A stretch of DNA of 64,000 bases, from the NCBI GenBank assembly GCA_038060895.1, contig JBBTCT010000011.1, forward strand, positions 1 to 64,000, read 5' to 3'. The stretch is from Planctomycetota bacterium. GTDB taxonomy: Bacteria; Planctomycetota; MHYJ01; WSZJ01. Position 1 is the stretch's first letter. Each line of letters begins with the position of its first letter. Shown here one piece after another: positions 50,363 to 59,663 of this stretch. Position numbers and translations under genes: made by a program. The notes below the pieces were generated by a model. It was not told the origin of the DNA. It did not search any database and saw only the letters and a list, made by a program, of their open reading frames with translations.

Positions 50363-51271
50363 TCAAACAGACAATTTTGAATATTGATCTTTGCCTCTGC
50401 CAGCCAGTTTCTCCGCTTCTTTCACCATCTCCACCGCGATGTCCTTCTCCGTCGCCTCTTCGAGCCCCTGGAACCCCGGTGACGAGTTCACCTCGAGCAC
50501 CACCAGGCCTCCCCTGGACTCGAGCAGGTCCACGCCGGCGACGCGCAGCCCCACGACCTCCACGGCGCGAACAGCGAGCTCGCGCAGTTCCTTCGTCAAC
50601 TCGACCCGTTCTCCCACGCCGCCCCGGTGAATGTTGGAACGGAAGTCTCCCGGCTTCGCGGTGCGCCGCATCGCCGCGACCGCTTCCCCGCCGATCACCA
50701 GAACCCGCACGTCGCGTCCGCGCGACTCGGAAATGAATTTCTGCGCCAGGATGTCTTCGCCCAGAGACCAGACGGTGTCCATGATCGACTCGGCTGCCTC
50801 GGCCGACTCCGCGAGCAGCACGCCCGCCCCCTGCATCCCGCGGAGCAGTTTCAGGATCACCGGCGACCCTCCTAACTCCTCGATCGTGTCGGCGAGATGT
50901 GTCGGGAACCGCATCAGTGTCGTCGGCGGGACGGGAATGCCGCGCGCGGCGAGCGCCTGCAGGCTCGCCCACTTCTGCTTGGCCAGGGCAATTCCCGCGG
51001 ACGCATTGAGCACGGGGACGCCCATCATTTCGAACTGCCTCACGACGGCAAGCGCATATTCGATCGCGTACGAGCCGACGCGCGGGATCACGGCGTCGAT
51101 CCCCGTCAGGTCCTCCCCCGCGACGCGCACCTTTGCGGCACCACGCTCAAGGTGTAGCACGCAGCGAAGCGGGTCCACCACCAGGCACCCGTGCCCCTCG
51201 ATCCGCGCCGCTTCGCGCAGACGCCTCGTCGAGTAGATCGCCGGCTTCCGCGACAGCACCAGGAACTTCAC
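50363..51271 (-). CDS. rimK: RimK-family ATP-grasp alpha-L-glutamate ligase
   Basis: YSTRRLREAA, DAVIPRVG, QGAGVLL, GRDVRVLVIG, FRSNIHRGG, LEVNSSPG; GTG start overlapping the GH57 stop. Confidence 0.9.
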   Translation of the reverse strand: MKFLVLSRKPAIYSTRRLREAARIEGHGCLVVDPLRCVLHLERGAAKVRVAGEDLTGIDAVIPRVGSYAIEYALAVVRQFEMMGVPVLNASAGIALAKQKWASLQALAARGIPVPPTTLMRFPTHLADTIEELGGSPVILKLLRGMQGAGVLLAESAEAAESIMDTVWSLGEDILAQKFISESRGRDVRVLVIGGEAVAAMRRTAKPGDFRSNIHRGGVGERVELTKELRELAVRAVEVVGLRVAGVDLLESRGGLVVLEVNSSPGFQGLEEATEKDIAVEMVKEAEKLAGRGKDQYSKLSV

Positions 51272-52863
51272 CGCTTCTCCTCCGGCGCAAACGCGCGCCA
51301 GTCGATTTCCGGGAACGCATTGTGCCGCGATTCGAGCTGCGAAACGAGCGTCTCGTCGATGCTCCCGGCGCGGAGCTGGGAATGCAAGCGATGGAAGGAC
51401 TCGACGTGGATCTTGAAGCGCTTGTGGGCGTAAGGGACGGCGGTGTCGGCGTTCATGATGAAGGCCCAGTCGGACGACTGGGCGAGGAGTGTTTCGCGTG
51501 CGGCCTGGTTCAGGGCGCGTCTCGTGAGCCCGTCTGCTCCGCGGTGATCCCGCGCGAGCGAGACCATGCGCTCTTCGACCACGTGCTGGTGACGGTAGAT
51601 CCAGTCGTTGGTCGGGTTGAGCCAGACTTCGCAGTATCCCTTGTCCCCCCAGGTCGAAAGGGTGGGGGTCGCGCGCTGGACGCGCGCGCCCGAGCCGAGA
51701 ATGTCGCGCGGCGTTGAAAACAAAACATCGGTCTGCGCCCCCGCGCGCCGCAGCAGTTCCGCCAGGAACTGCGGCCCCTCGTACCACCAGTGCCCGAACA
51801 GCTCCGCGTCGTACGGCGACAGAACCGTCGGCGCGCGGCCCAGCGTCGCCGCCAGGTGACGCACCTGCTCCTGCCTGTTGAAGAGAAAGTTCGCGGCATG
51901 GACGCGCGCGCGCCCGGCCGCAGCATCCGGGTCGTAGGGCTGCTTCTCGTTCAACGGCACTCGTCCCGTGATCCGGTAGTACTTGATCCCCAGGTTCCGC
52001 CGCACGCCGTCCGCATGCAGGTATGGCTTTACGTACGACTCTTCCCCGTCGTACCCCAGGTCCCGGTAAAACTCCCGGTACGCGGCGTCGCCCGGATAGC
52101 CCTCGCTCGCGCTCCACACCTGCCGGCTCGACTCAATGTCCCGCCCGAACGCGCAGACCCCCGAAGGCGTGCGCACCGGCGCGTAGATCGTGTACTTCGG
52201 CCGCGGCGCGGCGTACGCGATCGCGTGCGTCTCGACGCAGAAATAGGAGATCCCCTCCTCCGCCAGGATCGCGTCCTGCCCTGGCCGGTACCCGCACTCC
52301 GGCAGCCAGATCCCCGCCGGCCGCCGCCCGAAGTGCTTCTCATAGTTCGCTGCCGCGACACGCACCTGCGCCCTCACCGCTTCCGCGCACGACATCAGCG
52401 GGAAAAACCCGTGCGTCGCGCCGCACGTCAGGATCTCGATCCGCCCGGCGTCCTGCAGCCGCCTGAAGCCGCGCAGGATGTTGCGGCCGTGCTCGTCCTC
52501 GAACACCATGCGCGCGCGCCGGAAAGAATCCAGGTAGTGGCGCGCCGTGCGATTCAGAAGCGGCTCGTGCCGCGTGCGCTCGACCTCGCGCCCCGCAAGG
52601 TCGATCAGCCGGTGAAGCCTCCGAAGGTAGCGGGCCTGGAGAAGCGGGTCCGCAAGCATCTCGCAGAGCGGCGGCGACAACGCGATCGAGAATCGTGCGC
52701 GGACGCCCTCCTGCTCGAGATCTTCACCCATTTCCAGCAGCGGCAGGTACGTCTCCGTGATCGCTTCGTACAGCCAGTCCTCTTCCAGGAACTCGTCGTG
52801 CTCCGGGTGGCGCACAAACGGGAGGTGGGCATGCAGAAGGAGGAGGACGTTGCCTTGAGGCAT
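51268..52863 (-). CDS. GH57 1,4-alpha-glucan branching enzyme (DUF1957)
   Basis: LLLHAHLPFVRH, EAITETYLPL, GIWLPECGY, PYDAELFGHWWYEG, LLAQSSDWAF. Confidence 0.93.
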   Translation of the reverse strand: MPQGNVLLLLHAHLPFVRHPEHDEFLEEDWLYEAITETYLPLLEMGEDLEQEGVRARFSIALSPPLCEMLADPLLQARYLRRLHRLIDLAGREVERTRHEPLLNRTARHYLDSFRRARMVFEDEHGRNILRGFRRLQDAGRIEILTCGATHGFFPLMSCAEAVRAQVRVAAANYEKHFGRRPAGIWLPECGYRPGQDAILAEEGISYFCVETHAIAYAAPRPKYTIYAPVRTPSGVCAFGRDIESSRQVWSASEGYPGDAAYREFYRDLGYDGEESYVKPYLHADGVRRNLGIKYYRITGRVPLNEKQPYDPDAAAGRARVHAANFLFNRQEQVRHLAATLGRAPTVLSPYDAELFGHWWYEGPQFLAELLRRAGAQTDVLFSTPRDILGSGARVQRATPTLSTWGDKGYCEVWLNPTNDWIYRHQHVVEERMVSLARDHRGADGLTRRALNQAARETLLAQSSDWAFIMNADTAVPYAHKRFKIHVESFHRLHSQLRAGSIDETLVSQLESRHNAFPEIDWRAFAPEEKR

Positions 52864-52989
52864 GAAGTGCGCCGAAATGGGGGGCGGGACGGTAGCAGGA
52901 TGTGAGGTCGGTGGGAAGAGAGTCGAGTCGCCACTCGCTGCCCGCAACTCCGCAAAGGGAAAACTGCGGAATCCGGTAGAATCTTCGTC

Positions 52990-53730
52990 ATGCCAATACC
53001 CGCCATCGGGAGGTCAGCACCGTTCGCTCTCGCACTGCTCGCGCTTCTTTCCGCCTGTGGCGATCCTCCCCCTCGGCGATCCCGCGAGGAGGACGACGAC
53101 TGGGCCCGAGGAGCGCGCGACGGCTCGACCGGACAGGGACTCAATGTCCGCGTCGATGTCCAGGCCTACGAAGTCGATGACCGCGATGCGGAAGGATGGT
53201 CGCTCTTCTGGGGGGCATCGGTCCCGATCGGAAGCGCGCGCCTTTCCATCAACGGCCTGCGCGCGGCGACGGGCGGCGCTTCGTTCTTCGCCCGGCTCGA
53301 CACGTGGCAGAGGCGTTCGTCCGTGAAGCGGAAGACGGAGTCGTTCCTGGTGACGGCGGATGGGTCCCCGGCCTCGCTGGAAGTCAGCGAGCGAGTCGCT
53401 GAGCCTGTGACGATCGTGTTTCTCGACAACGGACAGGTGATCGACACCTTCCGGTGGTCGAAGGCGGGGGCGCTTCTGGAAGTGACGCCCCGGCGGAACG
53501 GTGACGGCACGGTGACGGTGAGGGTGCATCCGGTGGTTGCGCACCGTGAAGGGGCCGGGCGGACTTCGTTCGCGCAGTTGGACACGGAGGTGACGGTGAA
53601 AGAAGGGGAAGCGATTGTGATCGGGGGGAATCAGACTTCGCAGGACACGATTGGCTCGACGCTCTTTTCACGCTGGGAGAGCAGCAGGCGATACCGGCTG
53701 GTTTTTGTTCTGAGGGCGAGGAGCTGGTAG
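52990..53730 (+). CDS. lipoprotein with a short secretin-like (T2SS/T3SS GspD C-terminal) domain
   Basis: LSAC lipobox; GALLEVTPR...VTVRVHP...LDTEVTVKEGEAIVIGG...LVFVLRA secretin pattern. Confidence 0.7.
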   Translation: MPIPAIGRSAPFALALLALLSACGDPPPRRSREEDDDWARGARDGSTGQGLNVRVDVQAYEVDDRDAEGWSLFWGASVPIGSARLSINGLRAATGGASFFARLDTWQRRSSVKRKTESFLVTADGSPASLEVSERVAEPVTIVFLDNGQVIDTFRWSKAGALLEVTPRRNGDGTVTVRVHPVVAHREGAGRTSFAQLDTEVTVKEGEAIVIGGNQTSQDTIGSTLFSRWESSRRYRLVFVLRARSW

Positions 53731-53762
53731 CGAGAGGCGAGATGTTAGGCAACATTTGGTGA

Positions 53763-53816
53763 ATTAAGAAACGTTACCTGCGGGTAGCCGCTTCCAGAAA
53801 AGTAACATTTCTTAAT
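53763..53816 (+). promoter_or_regulatory. putative bEBP enhancer (UAS), copy 1
   Basis: 15-bp inverted repeat ATTAAGAAACGTTAC / GTAACATTTCTTAAT (1 mismatch) containing CGTTAC-N5-GGTA-N15-GTAAC. Confidence 0.7.
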
Positions 53817-53905
53817 GAAACTAGATTAAGTTCGCTTAACCTACGACGTAAGATATTGGTTTCAAAGTAGTTACGTCACATATATTTTCGGAAGTACAGC
53901 CCCTT

Positions 53906-53921
53906 GGGCATTCGGCTTGCG
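53906..53921 (+). promoter_or_regulatory. sigma54 -24/-12 promoter
   Basis: GGGCATTCGGCTTGCG = GG-N10-GC, downstream of an AT-rich tract. Confidence 0.75.
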
Positions 53922-54066
53922 ACTACTCCCCCCGACCGAGTCTCTACAAACTCAGATCACCCGTCTTACTGTGGAGGAGCCGAGCGAACGAGACTTGTGG
54001 AGACGAGTCCTGACGACTTCAGCGATTCACTGACTTTCGACGGTATAAAACACAGGAGGGGCCAAG

Positions 54067-57000
54067 ATGATCAGGAAAGGTATGGAGAACAACCGAGGCT
54101 TCGTGCTACTCGTAGCACTGGGCGTCCTCGGCGTTCTCGGCCTCCTTGCGGCGACGTTCGCCACGCTGTCCCGCGTTGAGCGGGCGGTGTCGAACAGTTA
54201 CGTCGACAAGGTTCGGGCCAAAATGCTCGCCCAGTCCGGGGTCGAGCGCGCCATCGCTTCTATTCGCGGCCGCGCGATGATCCAGGCCTGGGACGACCAG
54301 CGCAACGACTGGTACTACCGCGAGATGCTCAACGCGGAGACCGGCACGCTGGTGTACCCGCCGGTCGTGAAGACGGATCTCTGGAAGTTCGTGCCGACGC
54401 GCGCGTACGGGATGCCCCCGCGCTCGCTGGAGTCAGCTCTCGATGACGGCATCGTCAATGCGGTTGCCAACGGCGTCTCGTTCCCCCAGTCGCTCTCGCC
54501 TTCGGCCAACGAGCCGTTCAGCGGGCAGTTCCCCGGGACGTACGAGAACCGCGGCGACGTTTACGCTCTCAAGGTTCTTGACTGCGCGTCCATGATCAAC
54601 GTGAACGACGGCGGCAAGAACACTGTCCGGATGCTCACGAACCTCGGCACGATCCTCAAGTGCGCCGACGGCTCGCTGCTCAACACCGGCGGCTTCGACC
54701 TCGGCGCCCAGATCTCCACCAAGGCGATCGCCCGCGGCAAGCCCTTCAACAACAAGTCCGAAGTGCTCGCCGACGTGTTCATCAATAACACCTTCTTCGC
54801 AGGAAACGCGACGGAAGCCCGCAAGCGCTTCGCCGCGGTGCAGAACTTCATCACCACGCACGGCTGGATCGACGGGATGACGACCAAGTTTGAAAACACC
54901 TGGTTGCCCGTCGCTGGGAACTACGTCGGCGGCAGCTGGGCGTCGGCGATCTCGAGCACCGGAACCGCACCGTCCGATTCGAAGTTCGCCGAAGCGGGCT
55001 CCATGCCCGTCGAGGTGGCGGCCGTGATCGACCCGGTGGACACCAAGATGTCCTCAGTGCCGATGTCCTTCGAGTGCACGACGAATCCGCTCTACATGAT
55101 TTCCGCTTCCGTCCCCGGCGCCTACGCGACGCTTCCTTCCACGCGCCTGCTCGCGGCTCCGGGACCGGTGATGGTGAAGGACATTTCCAAGGGCGGCGCC
55201 TTCAAGCAGTTCGTGACCGGCCAGGGGTCGAGCATCCCGCTCGGCGGCGAGACGAAGGCCGGCAAGTTCGGCGGCACGTATTACCTTGGCGAGCCCCGGA
55301 CACCGATCAACGTCAACACCGCGTCGAAGGAAGTCCTGGTGGCGACGATGATGAACCTGGAAGCCGACTTCTGGGACTACCAGGTGGTGTCAGAATCCAC
55401 CACGCCGAAGATGTACAACGCCCGGCTTGGGAACGTGAACGTCAAGATCCTGCAGGCAGATGCCGAAAAGATCGCGGACTACATCATTTCCGCTCGCTTC
55501 ACCAACGGCAGCCCCGCGGGAGCCTGGTCGTTCAACGACTGGATGCACTTCGAGGACGACATCCTCCTCGCGATCCCGGGCATCACGCGGTTCCAGAAGG
55601 CGCTCGTGAAGGCCAATGCGAACCCGAACTCGAACATCAAGAAGATGAACCCGGACCTGATCCTGGTGACTTCGAATCCTTCCATCAATCCGGACGAGCT
55701 GGTCCGGATCGACAAGAGCGACATCAAGGTCAGCTCGACGGAGTGGACGTTCAGCTCGAACGGGATCTTCGAGATCGAATCGATCGGGCGCGTGTACAAC
55801 TCCGGCAAAATCATGGCCGAAGAAAAGATCGAGACCGTCGTGAAGGTCTTCGACCAGGTCGTGTACACGACGCAGGAACAGTTCGAGAAGGACCGCATCT
55901 GGACGGTTGAGGACTCCAAGGAAGGCGACCTGCTGGCGGGCGGTTATCCGCCGGTGGTTTCCATGCCCGAGTACCTCTACAACGCCAAGACGAACCCGGT
56001 TCACTATCGCAGCCAGACGGGCGACGTGACCTGGTGCGCGGACTACGAGGGGTACATGATCCTCAACGGTCCCGCGAACGTTCAGGCAGGCATCACGCCC
56101 GGCCCGGCCAAGACGGGAACCACGAGCTGGGGCAGCGGCGTCCCTGGCGAGTCCTGCTGGGGGCCTGATCCGTATGTGAAAGTGAAGGGCTCGCCGCCTC
56201 CGCCCGCAGGATTGAAGGCTTGCGCGGTCTCTTTCGTGGCCGGCTTCAACCTGGCTTCGCTCTATCCGAACCAGAGCCATCGCAACAAGGACCACGACCC
56301 GTCGCAGGCCGGAACTCAGACGCCGCGGCATCCGGAGTACTCCTACTCGTCGCCGCATTGCTTCGGTGACGGTGTGTACATGAGCGCTTCGCCGGCGATT
56401 TCCTTCACGCAGGACGCCAACTACATGAGCGCGTACTACAGCCCGAAGGAGCCGTACCAGATCAAGCCGACGAGTTCCGGCGCGAATTTCTGGGACATGG
56501 GCTGCGATCTGCAGAACTTCGGCGTGTACATCAACCAGACCCGTCGCAACCGGTTCCACACGTACTGGGCCGACGAGGTTCCGGCGCCGAACTGCACGCT
56601 CGAGATGACGGTCAAGCCTGAGAACGACCTCTGGCATTGGGCCAACGCCAGCAAGCCGCACACGATCGCGGGCTGGTCCGGCACTTACCAGGTCTTCGCC
56701 TGCAAGCGTCAGTTCCTGTTCGACTGGGGCACTGGCGGCACGGCCGGCATGAACTACACGATCCGTGGTTACGCGGAACTGACGCGCGTCTACCTGGAGA
56801 TGTACCACCACGCGACAAGCACGTTCTACGTGCTGTGGCACGACAACACCTGGAAGCCTCATACCTGGCACCATGTGGAGTTCTCGTGGGTCAGCGCTTC
56901 AGAGATCCTCGCATCCGACGGCGTCACGCTCATCACGGTGCCCGCGAACGCGATGCTGTGGGTCGATGGCTCGACCAACGGTTCGGGAACTTCCAGCATG

Positions 57001-57729
57001 GCGAAGCAGCCCGGCGTTGTAGAAGACGTGAATACCAAGCTGTCTCTTCCGATTTACGGCGGCGCGGCGATCGTTCTCCCTGAGAACGTCACGCCGGCCA
57101 ATCCGAACAAGGACATTGGCACGGGGCCGCGCCTGGACATCGGCGGCATCCTGGCCAACGACGGATCGTTCGGGATGAGCTCTCCCCGCTGGCACGGCAC
57201 CATCGACAACATCGTGATGCACCACTGGCGGAGCCACACCACGTCCTTCACTCCCCGCAACCGCTACCACAGCATGACCTACTACGATGGCACCACGTGG
57301 AAGACGGGCGAGGGGTACAAGAGTGAGCGGGCCGGCGTCTACAAGAAGCGTTTGACCTACCTTGAAAGCGTCGCCGCAACGAAGGACATCACGATCGGAA
57401 CGGTGGGCTGCACGCACTACCATCCGTTCCACGTCCACCTGTACGGGCACGATGGCAGCGCCCCGACGACCTCGTTCGGGCACATCACGCCCAGCCTGCG
57501 CATCAAGACCGGCGGATCGTACGTCGACTCCTACTACTATGACGGTTGCGTCGGCGTGCCGGTGAAGACTCAGCTCAAGGTCGGATCCGAGGCCTACTAC
57601 CTGGGCTGGTTCGAGATCGCGGCCCTCGTGCCGGTGACCATGTCGCCGATCCTGTGCGACATCCGGATCACCTACTTCGAGGAACCGCAGACCCTGTACC
57701 GCCTGTCGAGCTCGGAAGCCAAGAAGTAG
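54067..57729 (+). CDS. large PilX/GspK-like minor (pseudo)pilin with C-terminal LamG-like domain
   Basis: Class III prepilin-like N-terminus NRG/FVLLVALGVLGVLGLLAATF, RAKMLAQSGVERAI, two GspK-like INVN(T)A motifs, WHHVEFSW...LWVDG...WHGTIDNI (LamG-like); SD CAGGAGG. Confidence 0.8.
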   Translation: MIRKGMENNRGFVLLVALGVLGVLGLLAATFATLSRVERAVSNSYVDKVRAKMLAQSGVERAIASIRGRAMIQAWDDQRNDWYYREMLNAETGTLVYPPVVKTDLWKFVPTRAYGMPPRSLESALDDGIVNAVANGVSFPQSLSPSANEPFSGQFPGTYENRGDVYALKVLDCASMINVNDGGKNTVRMLTNLGTILKCADGSLLNTGGFDLGAQISTKAIARGKPFNNKSEVLADVFINNTFFAGNATEARKRFAAVQNFITTHGWIDGMTTKFENTWLPVAGNYVGGSWASAISSTGTAPSDSKFAEAGSMPVEVAAVIDPVDTKMSSVPMSFECTTNPLYMISASVPGAYATLPSTRLLAAPGPVMVKDISKGGAFKQFVTGQGSSIPLGGETKAGKFGGTYYLGEPRTPINVNTASKEVLVATMMNLEADFWDYQVVSESTTPKMYNARLGNVNVKILQADAEKIADYIISARFTNGSPAGAWSFNDWMHFEDDILLAIPGITRFQKALVKANANPNSNIKKMNPDLILVTSNPSINPDELVRIDKSDIKVSSTEWTFSSNGIFEIESIGRVYNSGKIMAEEKIETVVKVFDQVVYTTQEQFEKDRIWTVEDSKEGDLLAGGYPPVVSMPEYLYNAKTNPVHYRSQTGDVTWCADYEGYMILNGPANVQAGITPGPAKTGTTSWGSGVPGESCWGPDPYVKVKGSPPPPAGLKACAVSFVAGFNLASLYPNQSHRNKDHDPSQAGTQTPRHPEYSYSSPHCFGDGVYMSASPAISFTQDANYMSAYYSPKEPYQIKPTSSGANFWDMGCDLQNFGVYINQTRRNRFHTYWADEVPAPNCTLEMTVKPENDLWHWANASKPHTIAGWSGTYQVFACKRQFLFDWGTGGTAGMNYTIRGYAELTRVYLEMYHHATSTFYVLWHDNTWKPHTWHHVEFSWVSASEILASDGVTLITVPANAMLWVDGSTNGSGTSSMAKQPGVVEDVNTKLSLPIYGGAAIVLPENVTPANPNKDIGTGPRLDIGGILANDGSFGMSSPRWHGTIDNIVMHHWRSHTTSFTPRNRYHSMTYYDGTTWKTGEGYKSERAGVYKKRLTYLESVAATKDITIGTVGCTHYHPFHVHLYGHDGSAPTTSFGHITPSLRIKTGGSYVDSYYYDGCVGVPVKTQLKVGSEAYYLGWFEIAALVPVTMSPILCDIRITYFEEPQTLYRLSSSEAKK

Positions 57730-57757
57730 ACACTCGCTCTTAGCAGAAAATCATTCC

Positions 57758-57797
57758 CCGACGCCGCCGGCAACCCCGGCGGCGTCGGCTTTTTTTG
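57758..57797 (+). terminator. intrinsic terminator
   Basis: CCGACGCCGCCGG caacc CCGGCGGCGTCGG followed by CTTTTTTT. Confidence 0.9.
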
Positions 57798-57827
57798 AGC
57801 GGAGCTCAAGCGAAGATCCGCTGCCGC

Positions 57828-57863
57828 CGTTACCCGCAGGTATCGAGGAACGCAAATCGTAAC
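57828..57863 (+). promoter_or_regulatory. putative bEBP enhancer (UAS), copy 2
   Basis: CGTTAC-CCGCA-GGTA-N16-GTAAC. Confidence 0.7.
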
Positions 57864-57962
57864 GCGCGGAATTCCACGGCCCCGCCGCTCGTTGAGACTT
57901 TGACACAACTGGAGTTGCGCTCTTGACTTCCATCGAATGAAATTGAACGCGGAGGCCCCATC

Positions 57963-57978
57963 GGGCACCCGGCTTGCG
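57963..57978 (+). promoter_or_regulatory. sigma54 -24/-12 promoter
   Basis: GGGCACCCGGCTTGCG = GG-N10-GC, about 50 bp before ATG 58028. Confidence 0.75.
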
Positions 57979-58027
57979 ACGTTGGACCTTGGGACTTCCT
58001 GCAACCTCATTGCGGAGACTTCACGAC

Positions 58028-59128
58028 ATGCGCTTCCTCGCTTCGATCGCCATCGCGCTTCTCGCCGCCTCGACGGCCAGCGCTCACGTTGGTTACAAGA
58101 TCAAGATGTCCGCCACCTACAAAGAGACGAGAAAGGGTGATACGACATTCCGCAACATCTTCGTCTCCGGCCACGCGCACTACCCGGATGGAACGGTGCT
58201 TGTGGTCATGATCCGGCCTGAGAAGGGTGGGTATCTGCCGCTCAGCGTCAAGGGAACGGTTCAAAAGGAAGAATTCGCCGCGGAAATGGGCCCGTGGCGC
58301 GAGGGCTTCCCTTCCGGCAAGTACGTCTGCGAGGCCTGGTTCGAGTTTGAGAAGCAGTCGGAGGGTGTGAAGAGCCTGCTGCGCGAGACGGAAGAATTCG
58401 CGAAGTGCCTGAAGGACGATCCGACTTACCAGGAGAGATACAAGCTGGAGAATCCCGAGAGGTACGAGAAGTTGATGCGGCAGATCGCCGGATCCGGGAA
58501 GTGCGCGTCGAACAAGCAGTTCGGGACGTGCGAGTTGAGCATCGGGTCGGCGGATGAAGCGGCGCAGTCTGGCGAGGCGGAGCGGGCATTTCTTCGGGAT
58601 CGGGCGGACTACGTGAAGGACATGTTGTCTGAGCTGGTCAAGGCGCACGCGAAGCATTCGGACCCGAACAAGGGTGCCGACGCGACAGCGGAGTCGTTCC
58701 AGCTCTGGGCGACGGAATTCGAGAATCAGCTGGGGCAGCTTGACGAGGAAGTGACGGGGAAGCTGACAGGGATGGTGTTCAACGCGAAGAAGGACACTTA
58801 CGACAATCTGGCGCAGTCGATCATGGCGCTGGGAGATCTGGAGAGGACGATTCAGGCGGAGTTGTACGGCGAGTCGTCCAAGAAGCTGGCGGAGTTGCAG
58901 GCGTTGAATGACAAGGGCGAGAAGAACCTCGACAAGGACCAGAAGCGGCGCCGGGAGGTCCTGAAGAGGGAGCTGAGTTCGGTGCAGTCGAATCGGGAGG
59001 ACGGCGCCAAGCGGGTTGTGGAAAGCCTGGCGGAGACGAGATTCGGGCACAAAGGGCTGGATCCGGCGCCCGAGAGGAAGAAGAAGTACGTGGAGGAGTT
59101 GAAGGAGGAGTTTGGCTTCCAGTGGTAA
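58028..59128 (+). CDS. exported hypothetical protein, YPDGT-domain paralogue 3
   Basis: Signal peptide MRFLASIAIALLAASTASA; VSGHAHYPDGTVL...GKYVCEAWFE; helical C-terminus; SD GGAG. Confidence 0.8.
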   Translation: MRFLASIAIALLAASTASAHVGYKIKMSATYKETRKGDTTFRNIFVSGHAHYPDGTVLVVMIRPEKGGYLPLSVKGTVQKEEFAAEMGPWREGFPSGKYVCEAWFEFEKQSEGVKSLLRETEEFAKCLKDDPTYQERYKLENPERYEKLMRQIAGSGKCASNKQFGTCELSIGSADEAAQSGEAERAFLRDRADYVKDMLSELVKAHAKHSDPNKGADATAESFQLWATEFENQLGQLDEEVTGKLTGMVFNAKKDTYDNLAQSIMALGDLERTIQAELYGESSKKLAELQALNDKGEKNLDKDQKRRREVLKRELSSVQSNREDGAKRVVESLAETRFGHKGLDPAPERKKKYVEELKEEFGFQW

Positions 59129-59187
59129 TCGTGAGGGATTCAGGGGTCGAGAAGCGGGATCCGGGGTAGGCGCAGGGCTCGGTTTCT

Positions 59188-59223
59188 CGTTACTCCCGGG
59201 TAACATGGACCCTGTCACGTAAC
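59188..59223 (+). promoter_or_regulatory. putative bEBP enhancer (UAS), copy 3
   Basis: CGTTAC-TCCCG-GGTA-N16-GTAAC. Confidence 0.7.
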
Positions 59224-59310
59224 CTCCAGCTGGACCAAAGGCGTTTCGATCTATTACTTAAATACATGGCTAATAACGACTTGTGACGTAAATAAGCGGA
59301 TCCGCGACCA

Positions 59311-59326
59311 AGGCACGGTGCTTGCG
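59311..59326 (+). promoter_or_regulatory. sigma54 -24/-12 promoter (near consensus)
   Basis: AGGCACGGTGCTTGCG versus consensus TGGCACG-N4-TTGC. Confidence 0.85.
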
Positions 59327-59400
59327 AAAAGGGTCTATCGAAGTTGGGATCTCACACGTGTGAGATCAGGTGATTCAAGTCCCTTTAGAAGGAGATTCAC

Positions 59401-59625
59401 ATGAAGGCTCTCATCCTCGTTGTGGCGCTGGTGGCCGTGATTGCGGCGCCGGTCCTGTGCTTCGCTTGCCCTCCCCCTCCGGCGCCGGGTTATGACGGCG
59501 GCGGCGCGGGCGACGGTCCTGGCCCCGGCGGCGACGGCGGCGGCGGGTCCGACACGGGTGGCGATGACACCGACAGCGGCGGGTCGGGCTCGGGCGACGC
59601 CGGCACGGGAAACGTGACCGCCTAG
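59401..59625 (+). CDS. small exported Pro/Gly/Asp-rich peptide (74 aa)
   Basis: Strong SD AGAAGGAG; signal peptide; mature part CPPPPAPGYDGGG...; has its own promoter and terminator. Confidence 0.8.
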   Translation: MKALILVVALVAVIAAPVLCFACPPPPAPGYDGGGAGDGPGPGGDGGGGSDTGGDDTDSGGSGSGDAGTGNVTA

Positions 59626-59663
59626 TTCGGTCCTGAACGCGAGTAAGACTTCAGTCAGATCAG

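Noticed and set aside
59401-59625. Confident RiPP precursor call
   Set aside because: No modifying enzyme, dedicated peptidase or exporter is adjacent, and the N-terminus looks like a Sec signal rather than a RiPP leader.
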